Shown: positions 51,654 to 63,753, counted from the first letter of the stretch. The stretch is DNA of 64,000 nt from Octopus sinensis (GCF_006345805.1 NC_042997.1:145948001-146012000), one strand, 5' to 3'. Numbers and translations: made by a program. The notes: generated from the letters alone by a model not told the origin.

Positions 51654-51751
51654 GTCCCTACGCACGTTTCACAATTATGGCTGCTTGAAAATCTGTATTT
51701 GGATATTCCTAGTGCATTTGGATACTTAACCAAAATGGATCATCAGGGAAC
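51654..51751 (-). ncRNA. Type I hammerhead motif, canonical core, eroded helix II
   Basis: Minus strand: GTTCC-CTGATGA-TCCATTTTGGTT[loop]AGCCATAATTGT-GAAAC-GTGC-GTA-GGGAC. 5-bp helix I; 8 of 12 helix II positions pair. Confidence 0.65.
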
Positions 51752-52075
51752 ACTTAATTGCATTCAATTACAGTGAACTAATGTCAAGAGCTGGGTAGAT
51801 GGCGTGGCTGTTTGAAACTATTTTGAAAAGGAAATAGGTTGAAAGGAATATATAAACGCGTGTTTATCTTAATTTATCCTACATGTGCTCTGTATCTCAT
51901 TACTAAGTAATACTACTTAGTAAAGTAGTTACTTAACCACAACACTGGTAGCGGACTGGAATATAATAATCTACGTGGAGCTCTAAGCACAACAGTGGCA
52001 GCCGTATGTTTATTTGTGTAGACGCAATATTTACATACGTACACAAACACACACACAGATACACACACACACACA

Positions 52076-52131
<56 letters not shown>

Positions 52132-52369
52132 ACACACATACACACATATGTGTATGTACGTTTGCGTGCGTGCGTGTCTGTATGTATATATAAATATATT
52201 TATATGTATATATAGATATATATATATATAGATATAGATATACATATATATATGTGTGTTCATGTGTGTGTATATACATATATGCATATATACATATATG
52301 AATCTGTGTGTATGTGTGTGTTTAAATATATGTGTATATGTATATATATATATATATATTATATATATA

Positions 52370-52402
<33 letters not shown>

Positions 52403-52420
52403 GGCGCAGGAGTGGCCATA

Positions 52421-52830
52421 TAGGCGCAGGAGTGGCTGTGTGGTAAGTAGCTTGCTTACCAGCCACATGGTTCCGGGTTCAGTCCCACTGCGTGGCATCT
52501 TGGGCAAGTGTCTTCTACTATAACCTCGGGCCGACCAAAGCCTTGTGAGTGGATTTGGTAGATGGAAACTGAAAGAAGCCCGTCGTATATATGTATATAT
52601 ATATATATCTGTGTGTGTATGTTTGTGTGTCTGTGTTTGTCCCCCTAGCATTGCTTGACAACCGATGCTGGTGTGTTTACGTCCCCGTCACTTAGCGGTT
52701 CGGCAAAAGAGACCGATAGAATAAGTACTGGGCTTACAAAAGAATAAGTCCCGGGGTCGATTTGCTCGACTGAAGGCGGTGCTCCAACATGGCCGCAATC
52801 AAATGACTGAAACAAGTAAAAGAAAGTAAA
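52421..52830 (+). mobile_element. tRNA-derived SINE, family B, full length
   Basis: ggcgcaggagtggctgtgtggtaagtagcttgc (A box)...gggttcagtcccactgcg (B box)...aaatgactgaaacaagtaaaaga tail. Confidence 0.9.
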
Positions 52831-52895
52831 AGAGTATATATATATATATACTAAATTTCTAAATCTCTCGTAGAGACATGTACGTTGGTGGGGCG

Positions 52896-53055
52896 ATAGA
52901 ATGGTTGTATACTGTCAATCTAACACGAACGTGACAGTAGGGGGTACACCACAGCTGTTTAGTATACAACCACCGATGCTTCCTAGGGCTAAACAGCGGT
53001 GGTGTACCCCCTACTGTCACGTTCGTGTTAGATTGACAGTATACAACCATTCTAT
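52896..53055. repeat. Inverted repeat, 67-bp arms (1 mismatch), 26-bp spacer
   Basis: 52896-52962 versus 52989-53055. Confidence 0.95.
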
Positions 53056-53083
53056 ATATATATATACATATATATATATGTAT

Positions 53084-53132
<49 letters not shown>

Positions 53133-53136
<4 letters not shown>

Positions 53137-53231
53137 AACGTCATACCTCCCTGCTTCCATTCCTGAGCGCCTATTAATAATAATACTGTAATTGTTCCAT
53201 TGTTGTTGTTTTTTTGTTTCCCGTTTGGATT

Positions 53232-53294
<63 letters not shown>

Positions 53295-53392
53295 CGAAAC
53301 GTCATACCTCCCTGCTTCCATTCCTGAGCGCCTATTAATAATAATACTGTAATTGTTCCATTGTTGTTGTTTTTTTGTTTCCCGTTTGGATT

Positions 53393-53400
<8 letters not shown>
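53133..53400 (+). repeat. Tandem duplication of an about 105-bp PLE-type tail separated by (TA)n
   Basis: Units at 53133 and 53294 both start tcgaaacgtc and contain ttcctgagcgcc, which is also present at 9408-9420. Confidence 0.85.
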
Positions 53401-53484
<84 letters not shown>

Positions 53485-53782
53485 TGTATGTATATGTGTG
53501 TGTGTATGTGTGTATTTGATAATGCTTAAATATAACAATAGTATGCTGTTACTGATTTTGTTCTTTATTCTCAGGTGATTGCTGACTGTGCATACTTCTG
53601 CTCAAAGTCATTCCAGCTTTGCTTATCACATCCTTTTCTCAGGGTTATCAGCTATAGAGGATTAATTTCAGTAACTCAAAATAAAAGTGCTCATAGTATT
53701 GAGGCTTCGTTATTGATGATAATTGTACATGAGGAAAAAAAAAAGGAGGACCGAATTAAAGTATGAGATATGTTATGGTGAT

Positions 53783-53788
53783 TTTGTG

Positions 53789-53877
<89 letters not shown>
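53783..53877. repeat. (GA)n microsatellite
   Basis: Directly visible. Confidence 0.95.
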
Positions 53878-53878
<1 letters not shown>

Positions 53879-54147
53879 AGAGAAAAGAACAATGACGTAT
53901 AATTCTTATCTCTCTTCCTCTGTTTTCTCAAAGTTTAAGTTTAATTTAATTTTAACCCGGCAAAGCTAATTGACAACCCAGATAAAGCCATCACCATCAA
54001 CTGTATCCCTGACTTTATTTGTGATTGACGAGATCTAAAGTGAAAGTAATAGTTGGTAGATTTGCTCTAACCTAGGTAATGACTTCTGCCTCATTGATCC
54101 GTAATATAAATTTCTCAGTAGGAATATTTTCATATACAATTTATTAC

Positions 54148-54188
<41 letters not shown>

Positions 54189-55689
54189 ACACACACACAC
54201 ACACACGCACATACACACATCGCATGTATGTGTGTACTGCATCGCAATCATTAACATTTATGTATTAACTTCGTTGGGTACTTCACTAGCAGTATATTGG
54301 ATATATGTTATCCCATGGGGGGTTGCATTTACAACCCCTATCTCAATTTGTATATATATTTATATATACTCATGTTTTGAGTTCTACTTTTCCTGTTTCA
54401 TCACCAAACGTATATTCATTCCTCCATCCATCCATCCATCCATCCATCCATCCATCCATCTATCCATCCATCCATCCATCCATTCACCCATCCATTCATC
54501 CATCCATGCATACATACACACGACTAAGTGAACAAACAAATTAAGGTAGCGCTCAACACATTTGGACGGAACTTCCTGTATTTTGACACTTTGACTTAGC
54601 TCAACATGACTTACAGTTTCATGGGCGCGTAGGCATCCGAACATCTAAAGAGCTGGACGTGTCCCTGGAAACTCATCTAAGTGGCAACTAACTAAGTTAC
54701 AAAGGTTCGGCTCAATTATTACATTTTAAAAACGCATCACCCACTCTCCGTGAACTATTCAGCTGAAATTCTGCACAGTCAAAAGAGATCAACGAGAATA
54801 TCAGGCCGTACAATGGGTTAATATATATGGCGTCCAAAAATATAACAAGCAAACACATTGAAGGAATTCAGCGGTCATGGAATCCGCCCTTTCCAAATCA
54901 GCGGTTAGATGTATCCTCTTACACTATCAAACATATTCCTTGACGAAGAAAAAGCGTTTTCTCCCAAATCTTTACTGTCTATGCAGACAGACGAAACTGT
55001 GTATATGTTTATGTGTAAATATTTAGTTTATTCATATCTATACAAGCGTGTTTTCAGCTTTCTTGAGTATTGTAAACACGTGTACTTTACATGGCTTGTA
55101 CACAAGAATATAATATATCTGGTGGAAAATCTCTTGTTCCAACACTTTTTTTTTTATCTCTGCTTTAATTATATTTATGTTAATCCATTCTTATCTCCCC
55201 ACATTTTATTTAAAGAAAAATAATCGCAAAAAATATGCAAGTTAATGTCTGTTCGCGATTCAGAGGTGATGCACTTTTATTTTATACAGTTGTATTCAGA
55301 ATGAGTAAACAGAAGATAAGTGCTGACAGCGTTTCCACAAATGCTAACGAAAGAGGTGAAGAAAGAGACAGGAAGTCTTTTAGATCGATGTAAGGAATGA
55401 AAGAGATATCGAAGTAAAAATTTTAAATTGCGCAGCAGAGACTAAGCTTAAGTGAAAGGATAGTATCAGAAGATATGTACTATTATTGTACGTAATCGAG
55501 TTTGAGAATAACCTCTCTCTCTCCCTCTCCCTCCTTCTCTTTATCTCTCTATCTCTGTCTCACACACACACATATATACACACACACATGCACACGCTCG
55601 CACATACGTTTCTTTGTACAGTTTTATATTTTAAAAAATGCATACACACGTTAAATGATTATGGAGGCAGTGTTTATTAAAACACATTT

Positions 55690-56300
55690 CATTTTCAAAA
55701 TTTTATAGAATCTGCAGGCTATTTTTGATTTTTTAATGGGCGCCTGGTTTTAGACTGATGACCGTTCTGGTACAGGAACTGCCGATAACGCGAAGTAATG
55801 CAATCGCAACCACGAAGAAATGTTTCATTTGGTATTTTTGTGCATTCTCATTCAATGTTTCCAATTTTGTATCGTAAGTCTTATTTTAAATGTCGCTATA
55901 AAAAATGTTAAATGACGTTAGGCCTGGTGAATATAGAGGGCACTCCACTGAACCTCTTCGTCCAATCAACCTGCTTGGTAAAATCTGACAAATTTTGGCC
56001 CTTACATTACTATGGTAGTATGGGGATGCCCCATCTTGTTGAATATAACACTCCACATCTTCAAATTTCTCTTGAATGCATGACAAAATTGTGGCAACAA
56101 GTTCAAATAAATGGGACCAGTCACTATATCGTAAAAAAGAATAATCTAATTAATTCTTTTGATGATAAGCCGCACCATATAACACCTGATAAATTAGCTC
56201 AATGTCTCACCGTATTATGAAAATTTTCAGGTCAAATGCGCATCCTCTACACATTTTGCCAAGTACCACTCGCAGAACCCCATTTTGGTCCGGAATACCT
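55690..56300 (-). mobile_element. Tc1/mariner-superfamily transposase relic (rosa/DD41D-like)
   Basis: YIQQDGASPYYHSNVR...LPSRLIGRRGSVECPLYSPGLTSFNIF (cf. FQQDGAPPH...RWIGR...WPPRSPDLTPLDF), with C-terminal NGHQ. Confidence 0.75.
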
Positions 56301-56395
56301 TCACTAACGGCATAGACTATTCGTGAAAGGTAATATTTCCAATGCTAACGCTTCAAAATACAATGGACCTGTGATTTTGAAATACACACACACAA

Positions 56396-56430
<35 letters not shown>

Positions 56431-56450
56431 TACATACATACACACACACA

Positions 56451-56512
<62 letters not shown>

Positions 56513-56619
56513 TGTACATTTAAGCACATAAGAGATGGCCATAACAGGACATCTGTTAAATATATATATGTGCGACAAACGAGAGAATGGAATGTATAGA
56601 AAACTTAAAATAAGCACTG

Positions 56620-56700
56620 ATCAATCTGTTCGGCAAAAGATCCTTCAAGGTGGTGCCCCAGTATGGCCGCATTCCATTGACTGAAACAAATAAAAAGTAA
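56620..56700 (+). mobile_element. SINE family B 3' end
   Basis: ccttcaaggtggtgccccagtatggccgcattccattgactgaaaca. Confidence 0.7.
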
Positions 56701-57185
56701 GGCATGAATATTCATTTTAATATTTTATGTCATTGCGCGAAGTTAACTTTGGCGTAGTGAAAGCTCTGCTATTTACAATAAAATGTAACGATAAGGAAAA
56801 TTAATAACGCTACGTAATATTCTGGTTGGACGGTACTTTGGTAGCTAGCATATTGTTACATATATAGCGCTTAGCTAGTGCCGTTCGGTTGACACCCCGT
56901 TGTTTAGAGTATTCTATTCCAATGTAAAATTTTAGTTCACAGAGAACCTTGACTTTAGTCGTACAGATGGTGTCTAGTTTCATCTCGGGAGTAATTTTAT
57001 TGGTATAAAAAAAACATATTAATGTGCATAATCAAAGACTCATACACACACACACATACTCAGACATACACACACATATGTGAGAGTGTATGTATATATG
57101 TATGTATACATACATATATGCATGTATCCAAATGCATACATATATAAATACGGGTATACGCAGATATATGTATGTGTGTGCGCGC

Positions 57186-57226
<41 letters not shown>

Positions 57227-57344
57227 TATATTTGCATATGTGAACGTATGCATACATACATGTTCAGATGTATGTAGATGTGCATGCGTACATATATTCA
57301 TACAGACCTACATATATGTTCATCTATATATATTTTTTTTTTTA

Positions 57345-57390
57345 CTCGTTTCAGTCATTTGACTGCGGCCATGCTGGAGCACCACCTTTA
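57345..57390 (-). mobile_element. SINE family B 3' end
   Basis: gtttcagtcatttgactgcggccatgctggagcaccacctt. Confidence 0.7.
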
Positions 57391-57395
57391 GTGTG

Positions 57396-57427
<32 letters not shown>

Positions 57428-57431
57428 ATAT

Positions 57432-57483
<52 letters not shown>

Positions 57484-57500
57484 ATATTATATATATATAG

Positions 57501-57532
<32 letters not shown>

Positions 57533-57744
57533 GTGAAATAGAAAGATGAATAATCTTGTAGTAGATTAATCAACAGTTTAACCGATACCTTAGTAGCAAA
57601 AATCACAGCAGTAAACAGCACGGTTGGAGGTACAACCATCTGGCGTTGCAACCGTGCGTTGGTGCGGATAATTGAAATTAAAACATATTGGTGAATTGAA
57701 GAAATGGAGCTGAACGCAGATTGAACAGAAATCGTTTTATGTCA

Positions 57745-57824
57745 TTCTACACGTGTTTCGAAAGGCACAAATTACCAAAATCCGATTGAATAATGGGACC
57801 ATATTGTGTCTTTCTCTTCAGGAA
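57745..57824 (-). ncRNA. Type I hammerhead ribozyme motif, canonical core
   Basis: Minus strand: TTC-CTGAAGA-GAAAGACACAA[33 nt]TTGTGCCTTTC-GAAAC-ACGT-GTA-GAA. 11-bp helix II with 1 mismatch, palindromic ACACGTGT. Confidence 0.8.
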
Positions 57825-58293
57825 GAAAAAAGGAAATCCGTTGGAAAAACAAAAACAGAACAGAGGCGGAGCAAAAAACAAATCGAACTGTGCTCCTAAG
57901 AGCCCATGGCGAAACTGTTTATCAGTGTATGTTGAGAACCGGTGGCTGAAGAATTCAACGGGTCAGGCATCGGTCAATCATGTGGGTGAGGGTGTATAGA
58001 TGTTCTTTGTGACCGAGAATAAAGTTCTGACTATTTAAAGAATATTGGATGTTTTATAAGTGGCGAGAAAAAATCTACTTAGAGACGTGTGTGTGTGTAT
58101 ACTGTTCTATATATGTGTGTGTTGGCGTAGGGGTAGAAAACATTTTTGTGTACGTGTGTGCGTTTGATCGTTCGGCTGTCAGTGGCTACTGCTGTGATAA
58201 CCGTTGGGTGGCAGAAAGAAAAAAATAAAAAAATTATATATATATATTATGTTTTATGTGTGTGTGTGTTCATCTAAGCCTACCTTGTCAAGG

Positions 58294-58369
<76 letters not shown>

Positions 58370-58889
58370 TATATATATGTATGTACATACATACATACAT
58401 GCAAGTTAGAGGTTATCCTTGATAAGGCGATAATCACACATATATATGTGAGACTCGGATAGCCAAAGATGCATTAACAACACACACACGTCCATAATTC
58501 GTATCAATGAATCAATGTGTATTTATAAAACCTTCAAGCATTTTCCGTACTTTCATATTCGCCAAAAACTTTATCTTTTATTGCGATAGTAATTCAAACA
58601 TACCGCAAACCACCGTATGTGTTCAGTATCGATAATATTGGCATCTGAATGAGAGCGCAATACAAGATTCGCATGACAATAGGAGGTCGCCATTTTGAAT
58701 GCCGACCTTTATTAAATTGACAACAAGGTGAAGGTAAGCTCTGATTGGCTGTAAAAAAAATGAGTTCATTACTGGAGTCCGGAACTCTCGTAAGAAAAAA
58801 TTTCTTGTACCGGCCACCTCCATGTTTAATTGGTGACCGGTAAATTCTACGGTATATCTAACCATGGTAAATTTCACCATAGGAGAAAA

Positions 58890-58947
<58 letters not shown>

Positions 58948-58950
<3 letters not shown>

Positions 58951-59386
58951 TAGTTTTATTTTTATAGCGTGCTTTCACTTCACTACCGAGCGCAGCTCTG
59001 TGTGCCTTGGGTATGTGCTGTGATTTGTTGTGATGCTCTGATGGTTATTGTATGGAAAGTGTTCTGCGTAGGATGTGTGCAGTGCCTAGTAGTGCAATTT
59101 TCTGTATGTTATATGTGTTTGTAAGTCCTGGTGTTTTTGTTATGTATTTGTCTGAATATTTTTTATCATGCCTAATGCACCTACTATGATAGGAATTGTT
59201 TCTGTTTTCAGATTCCACATTCTAGTTACCTCTATTTCCAGGTCTTTGTATTTTGAGAGTTTCTCCATTTCTTTTAGAGACACGTTGTCATCAGCCGGTA
59301 TTGATACATCAATTAGAAAGCATTTTTTTTCTTCATGATCTCTGACAACTATATCTGGTCTGTTGGCCTTAATTTCTCTATCTGTG

Positions 59387-59387
<1 letters not shown>
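58948..59387 (-). mobile_element. R4/Dong-type 3' fragment (REL endonuclease) embedded in (TTA)n
   Basis: HTDREIKANRPDIVVRDHEEKKCFLIDVSIPADDNVSLKEMEKLSKYKDLEIEVTRMWNLKTETIPIIVGALGMIK. (TTA)n lies on both sides (58891-58947 and 59388-59451). Confidence 0.9.
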
Positions 59388-59451
<64 letters not shown>

Positions 59452-59454
<3 letters not shown>

Positions 59455-60170
59455 GGGTTACGATATGGAAATAAAAACAGAATGCATAAAAATAATATGA
59501 ATACAAAATGAATACAAAAAATACGAGGGAGAAAAAATAATTAAGGGACAATTACACCAAGAAATACACGATGAATACTTTAAATGCCTGAATGAGGAAG
59601 CAGTATCAAAAAGAGACACATTGAAATTTATAAAACAAGGCAAATACTCAATGATAGATAAAAATATTATATAGTATTTAAAAGACAGAAACAATTACTA
59701 TGGAAGAGAAGAGGCATGCGGATATTGTAAAAAAAATAAAGGAAATATCGAATATATGGCAATACAATGAGGGAAAATAGCACGCACAAAAAATAGAGAG
59801 AGACACAATGAGATAACCAAGATAATCTCTGCGAACCTTCTTCAGCAAAATAACATCAAAAAACCAGAAACATGCAAATAGAAAAGGTAACAACAAGTGA
59901 AACGGTTAAGATTTTAGTAAATATCCCAGTAATAACACGAAACCATATAGAAAACAATAAACCCGATATTACAATATTTGACCTCGAAAGAAAGGAAACA
60001 ATAATAATCGAAATTGGAATAACATCGACGAAAAATACTGAACGAAGTCGAAATGACAAAAATACAAAAGTATAATAGACTTGCTAAAGAAATTAAACAG
60101 ATGAATGGATATAAGGTTAAAATGATACCATTTATAATGACTTGGGATGGAATGGTCTCAAAGAGGAAAA
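59452..60170 (+). mobile_element. A-rich REL-endonuclease retroelement 3' fragment, lineage distinct from the flanking elements
   Basis: CGYCKK (zinc knuckle), RHNEITKII, ENNKPDITIFDLERKETIIIEIGITS and KYNRLAKEIK..YKVKMIPFIMTWDGMV. Contains stops and frameshifts. Confidence 0.75.
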
Positions 60171-61160
60171 AAAAAACGAAATGTACATTTGGTGCAGTAT
60201 ATATTTCTTTATTACCCACAAGGGGCTAAACACAGAGGAGAGAAACAAGGACAGACAAACGGATTAAGTCGATTACATCGATCCCAGTGCGTAACTGGAA
60301 CTTAATTTATCGACCCCGAAAGGATGAAAGGCAAAGTCGACCTCGACGGAATTTGAACTCAGAACGTAGCGGCAGACGAAATACGGCTACGCATTTCGCC
60401 CGGCGTGCTAACGTTTCTGCCAGCTCGCCGGTGCAGTATAGTCAACAGGGACAGTGCCTAAGATGGGCGGAATATGTGGTCAGTCGCAAAATCACATGGA
60501 AAGAACTTTGGGCTTGGGAACAAGCAAGAACATCCTTCCTGATCAAGTCCACCTTCGACGTTTTGCTGTCACCGGCCAACTTAGTCCGGTGGAACATACA
60601 AACAGCTGATGAATGTAAATGTGGAGAGAAAGCGACGATGAGACATGTCCTGTCAAACTGCAGGCTGGCACTGGACAGATATACATGGCGACACAACCAA
60701 GTGCTCGGTGTTATATGCACAACACTCAAAAAGATCGAGGAGTACAATAGGGGAGAGTAGCCGAAAGTGGAAAAGCGTGGAAGGATATACTTCCAGAAGG
60801 AAGGAAAAGGACATAAGACTAGGTCCAGAAAAGTATATGAGACAGACGGAAGATGGAAAGGATACTGGGAGCTGGCCGCGGATTTGGAAAGACAAGTATT
60901 ATTTCGACTCATAATAACAACAAAAAGATCGGACTTAATCCTTTGGAATACAGAACGGAAAATTGGAATTTTGATAGAGCTGACAGCACCGTGAGAAGAG
61001 AACATCGCTAATGCAGAGCGACGGAAAGAGAGGAGGTATGAGAGATTAGTAGAAGAGTGCAGGGAACAGGGGTGGGCTGTCGAGTATTACCACTTGACGG
61101 TGGGAGCGAGATGCTTCATTGAAAGGAAAATGGCGATGCTGTTTAGAAGATTAATTTCTA
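60170..61160 (+). mobile_element. HERO-like (R2-group) non-LTR retrotransposon 3' fragment, interrupted by a SINE
   Basis: QQGQCLRW..VSRKITWKELW..SFLIKSTFDVLLSPANL.RW, CKCGEKATMRHVLSNC..RYTWRHNQVL, WELAADL, RSDLILWN..ILIELTAP*EEN..AERRKERRY..L..ECREQGW. Confidence 0.85.
60202..60429 (-). mobile_element. SINE family A with 11-bp target-site duplication
   Basis: ggtgcagtata at 60191-60201 and 60430-60440. Confidence 0.92.
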
Positions 61161-61310
61161 TCTCACCTAGTCTGTCTCTCTCTCTCTCTCTCTCTCTCTT
61201 CTTAAGACTTCAGAGACAGATAGGTTAAATAACACATATTGACCCATGGTCTAGAGAAACTGACCACAGTGATTATTAGTGGGAGCAGCTTATATTGGAA
61301 GTCGGTCCAT

Positions 61311-61398
61311 GGGTGGAATTTACCATGGTGGAATTTACCTATGGTGAAATTTACCTAGTGGAATTTTCCATGGTGGAATTTACCTCGGATGAATTTAC
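61311..61398. repeat. Minisatellite of about 15-bp units (ggtggaatttaccat)
   Basis: About six degenerate units. An inverted relative lies at 58838-58882. Confidence 0.85.
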
Positions 61399-63753
61399 TT
61401 ATATTAGTTTAATTTTGTAATGCGCAGTATTCTCTTTAGTGGCTAAATTGCAGAAATGTACTAAACTAATGAGATGCGAAACTAATGAGATGGGATTTGA
61501 AAGTGTTAACACGTGATTCAATGTGGTTCCGATTGGTATCTATTTATTCTCGAATGGTTTTCACTAAAAACAGAAGCGAACCAGCTTCTGGAAACTGAGG
61601 TGATCCCCATTGCATTTACGATAGTCACTAGTTAACAATACTCAACAACTTTAGTTGCTGTAATTGATGTGAGACACACCGCCGCACGATATTTTATCTA
61701 TCCACTCAACAACGTATTCCATGAGCTAAAGCTTATCCTGGATAAGCCGATAATCGCTCAGGCTTGTGAAGTACTAACGACATTACAAAACACATATTTC
61801 TTATGTGCAAGTAGTTGACCATCACCTTAAACAATATAACCAGTAGACTTATGAGCCTAATATTTTCAATGATATTCTCTTTGCCCTCATTATTTCCCAG
61901 CAATTCCATTAAAACCCCGGCTCACACAATTAAAATATTTCTAGCCTGCTTTTCAGATGCGATAGATATCAGGCAACAACGTCTGCAAACAAATTTGTTA
62001 TGTAGATATAAAAACTTTGTAAGGAACGCCATCAAAGTTCCGCAGTATTTCTCACACAAGGTTCAAACATTTATAGACGGTTCGAAACCTTATTCCGACA
62101 TTTTACTTATATAAAATCAGAGCATCGAAAAAATTATTGTAAAAAAAAGTTATTGGAACACCTCATATGCAAAAATATACCAACGTCATTTAGTCGAGAA
62201 ATCAGTTTTTGAAGCGAAAATAGTTCAAGCTTAATTTTTGAATTATTTTGAAAAGGAATGCATTACTGTATGAACTGTTTGTTCTGTGTGCATCACCAAA
62301 GAGGTGAATTTTTGTAAAATAGCTTTAACTTGGTTTAGATTATATTCACTACCTGTTTGTTTTATAGTAGTTACACTGCTTTGGAAGCCTGTATATAAAG
62401 ATTCTGAGTTAAAATTTAGTTCAAGTACATACGTAATACCTAATGAAAAAAGAGAAAAGAAAGCATGCGTTTCACAGTTCTAAAGGTTTCTGGAATAAGG
62501 AGTTCCTAATGTGATAAGATTGGAGAGATCTCAAGAGAACTACACTAATCTCTTCTGAGATATGTAAAATAATTTCTAGATCAGTGATTTCTCAAAACGT
62601 GTCCAGTGAAGATTTGAAAACCTTATTTAACGCTTCAATAAGCCTCTATAACTAGGAATCGCTTCCCCCCTCTCTCTCTCTCTCTCTCTGTGACTCCTTG
62701 AAAAAACATGTTCTTCATAATCTTGTTATATATACGTATGATTAACAAACGTGGTAAATAACAGCTTTGTAGATATTTTTGGGAATTTTTTTAACCTTTC
62801 AAATGATAAATTTTTTTCTTAAAACTTTTCACATGAAGTGTACCAGTGATTTTAATAATTCCATGTGAGGTTTGGCCGTAAATTTTACTATCCCACGTAT
62901 GGTGCATCACTAATCTTTAACTTTCAATGTGAGATGCACCAACAATTTTAATTCGTGCTACTACAATATTTTTTATTTTTCCATTTGAAATGTGCCAATG
63001 ATTACGATCTATTATTTATCTTTTTTTTTTCTTCATTTGATCCCCAATTCGCCACAATATTAAAAATGCAAACAATTACACCTCTGCATCTCCTTTCGTT
63101 ATTAACACAAATGCACGTGAGAGTTTTCATCCATATAATTCTTTATTTGAACGGGGTATAAAGAGACGGAAACCATCTTCACGTCGTTTTTTGAAATGAG
63201 ATTTTCCGCCTCTTTTTTTAATCCTTACAGCATCAACTTCTACCAGAGAAAAGCGCTGAGATCAACATTGTTTTTGATATCATTCCCTATCTAAAACTGC
63301 TGTGTATTATCACCTCAATACACTGCAGGTGTTACACATTCTTCTTTGTACAAGTATTACATTAATTTTCTTCGTATTCTCTAGAGACCCTGTCAACTCC
63401 AGAGTTTCTTCATACCTATTAACGTATCAATGACAGCTCGCTGTGTGCATATTATAATTCTCCAATGAATATGCTAAGCAATAATAAAACTCGACTGGTT
63501 AATTAAAATTTTAGTTGTCCTAAATATTTAATTAACAAAGATTTTAAGAGCCTTGAATTCTTAATAAATTCTAGTCTAAGACATTACCATAAGGCATTAC
63601 AATACCATAAGGCATTACAATACAAAGCAATTTCAATGTATTTAACCTTATTTCTATCGATTTTAATATCCGTATGTCACACACGCACACACGCGCGCAC
63701 ACACACACACACATACATACATACATACATACATACATACATACATACATACA

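Noticed and set aside
53575-53766. ORF after a ttctcag acceptor
   Set aside because: No recognisable product or convincing donor.
57905-57935. Plus-strand hammerhead (CTAAGA-GCC cat GGC-GAAAC-TGTT)
   Set aside because: The core lacks G5 and helix I does not pair.
58690-58750. Promoter-like CGCCATTTT (YY1) and CTGATTGGCT (CCAAT) motifs
   Set aside because: Short motifs with no linked gene. They are common inside transposon ends.
61311-61398. CRISPR-like array
   Set aside because: Contiguous 15-bp units without spacers, no cas genes, and a eukaryotic context.
61957-62018. Possible exon (tttcag|...|gtaagg), and a similar one at about 63231-63328
   Set aside because: Weak donor context and no homology. 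Such signals are expected by chance in AT-rich DNA.
61850-63500. Tc1-like transposase remnants on the minus strand
   Set aside because: Only vague VW/AG-like matches, with no DDE spacing or TIRs.
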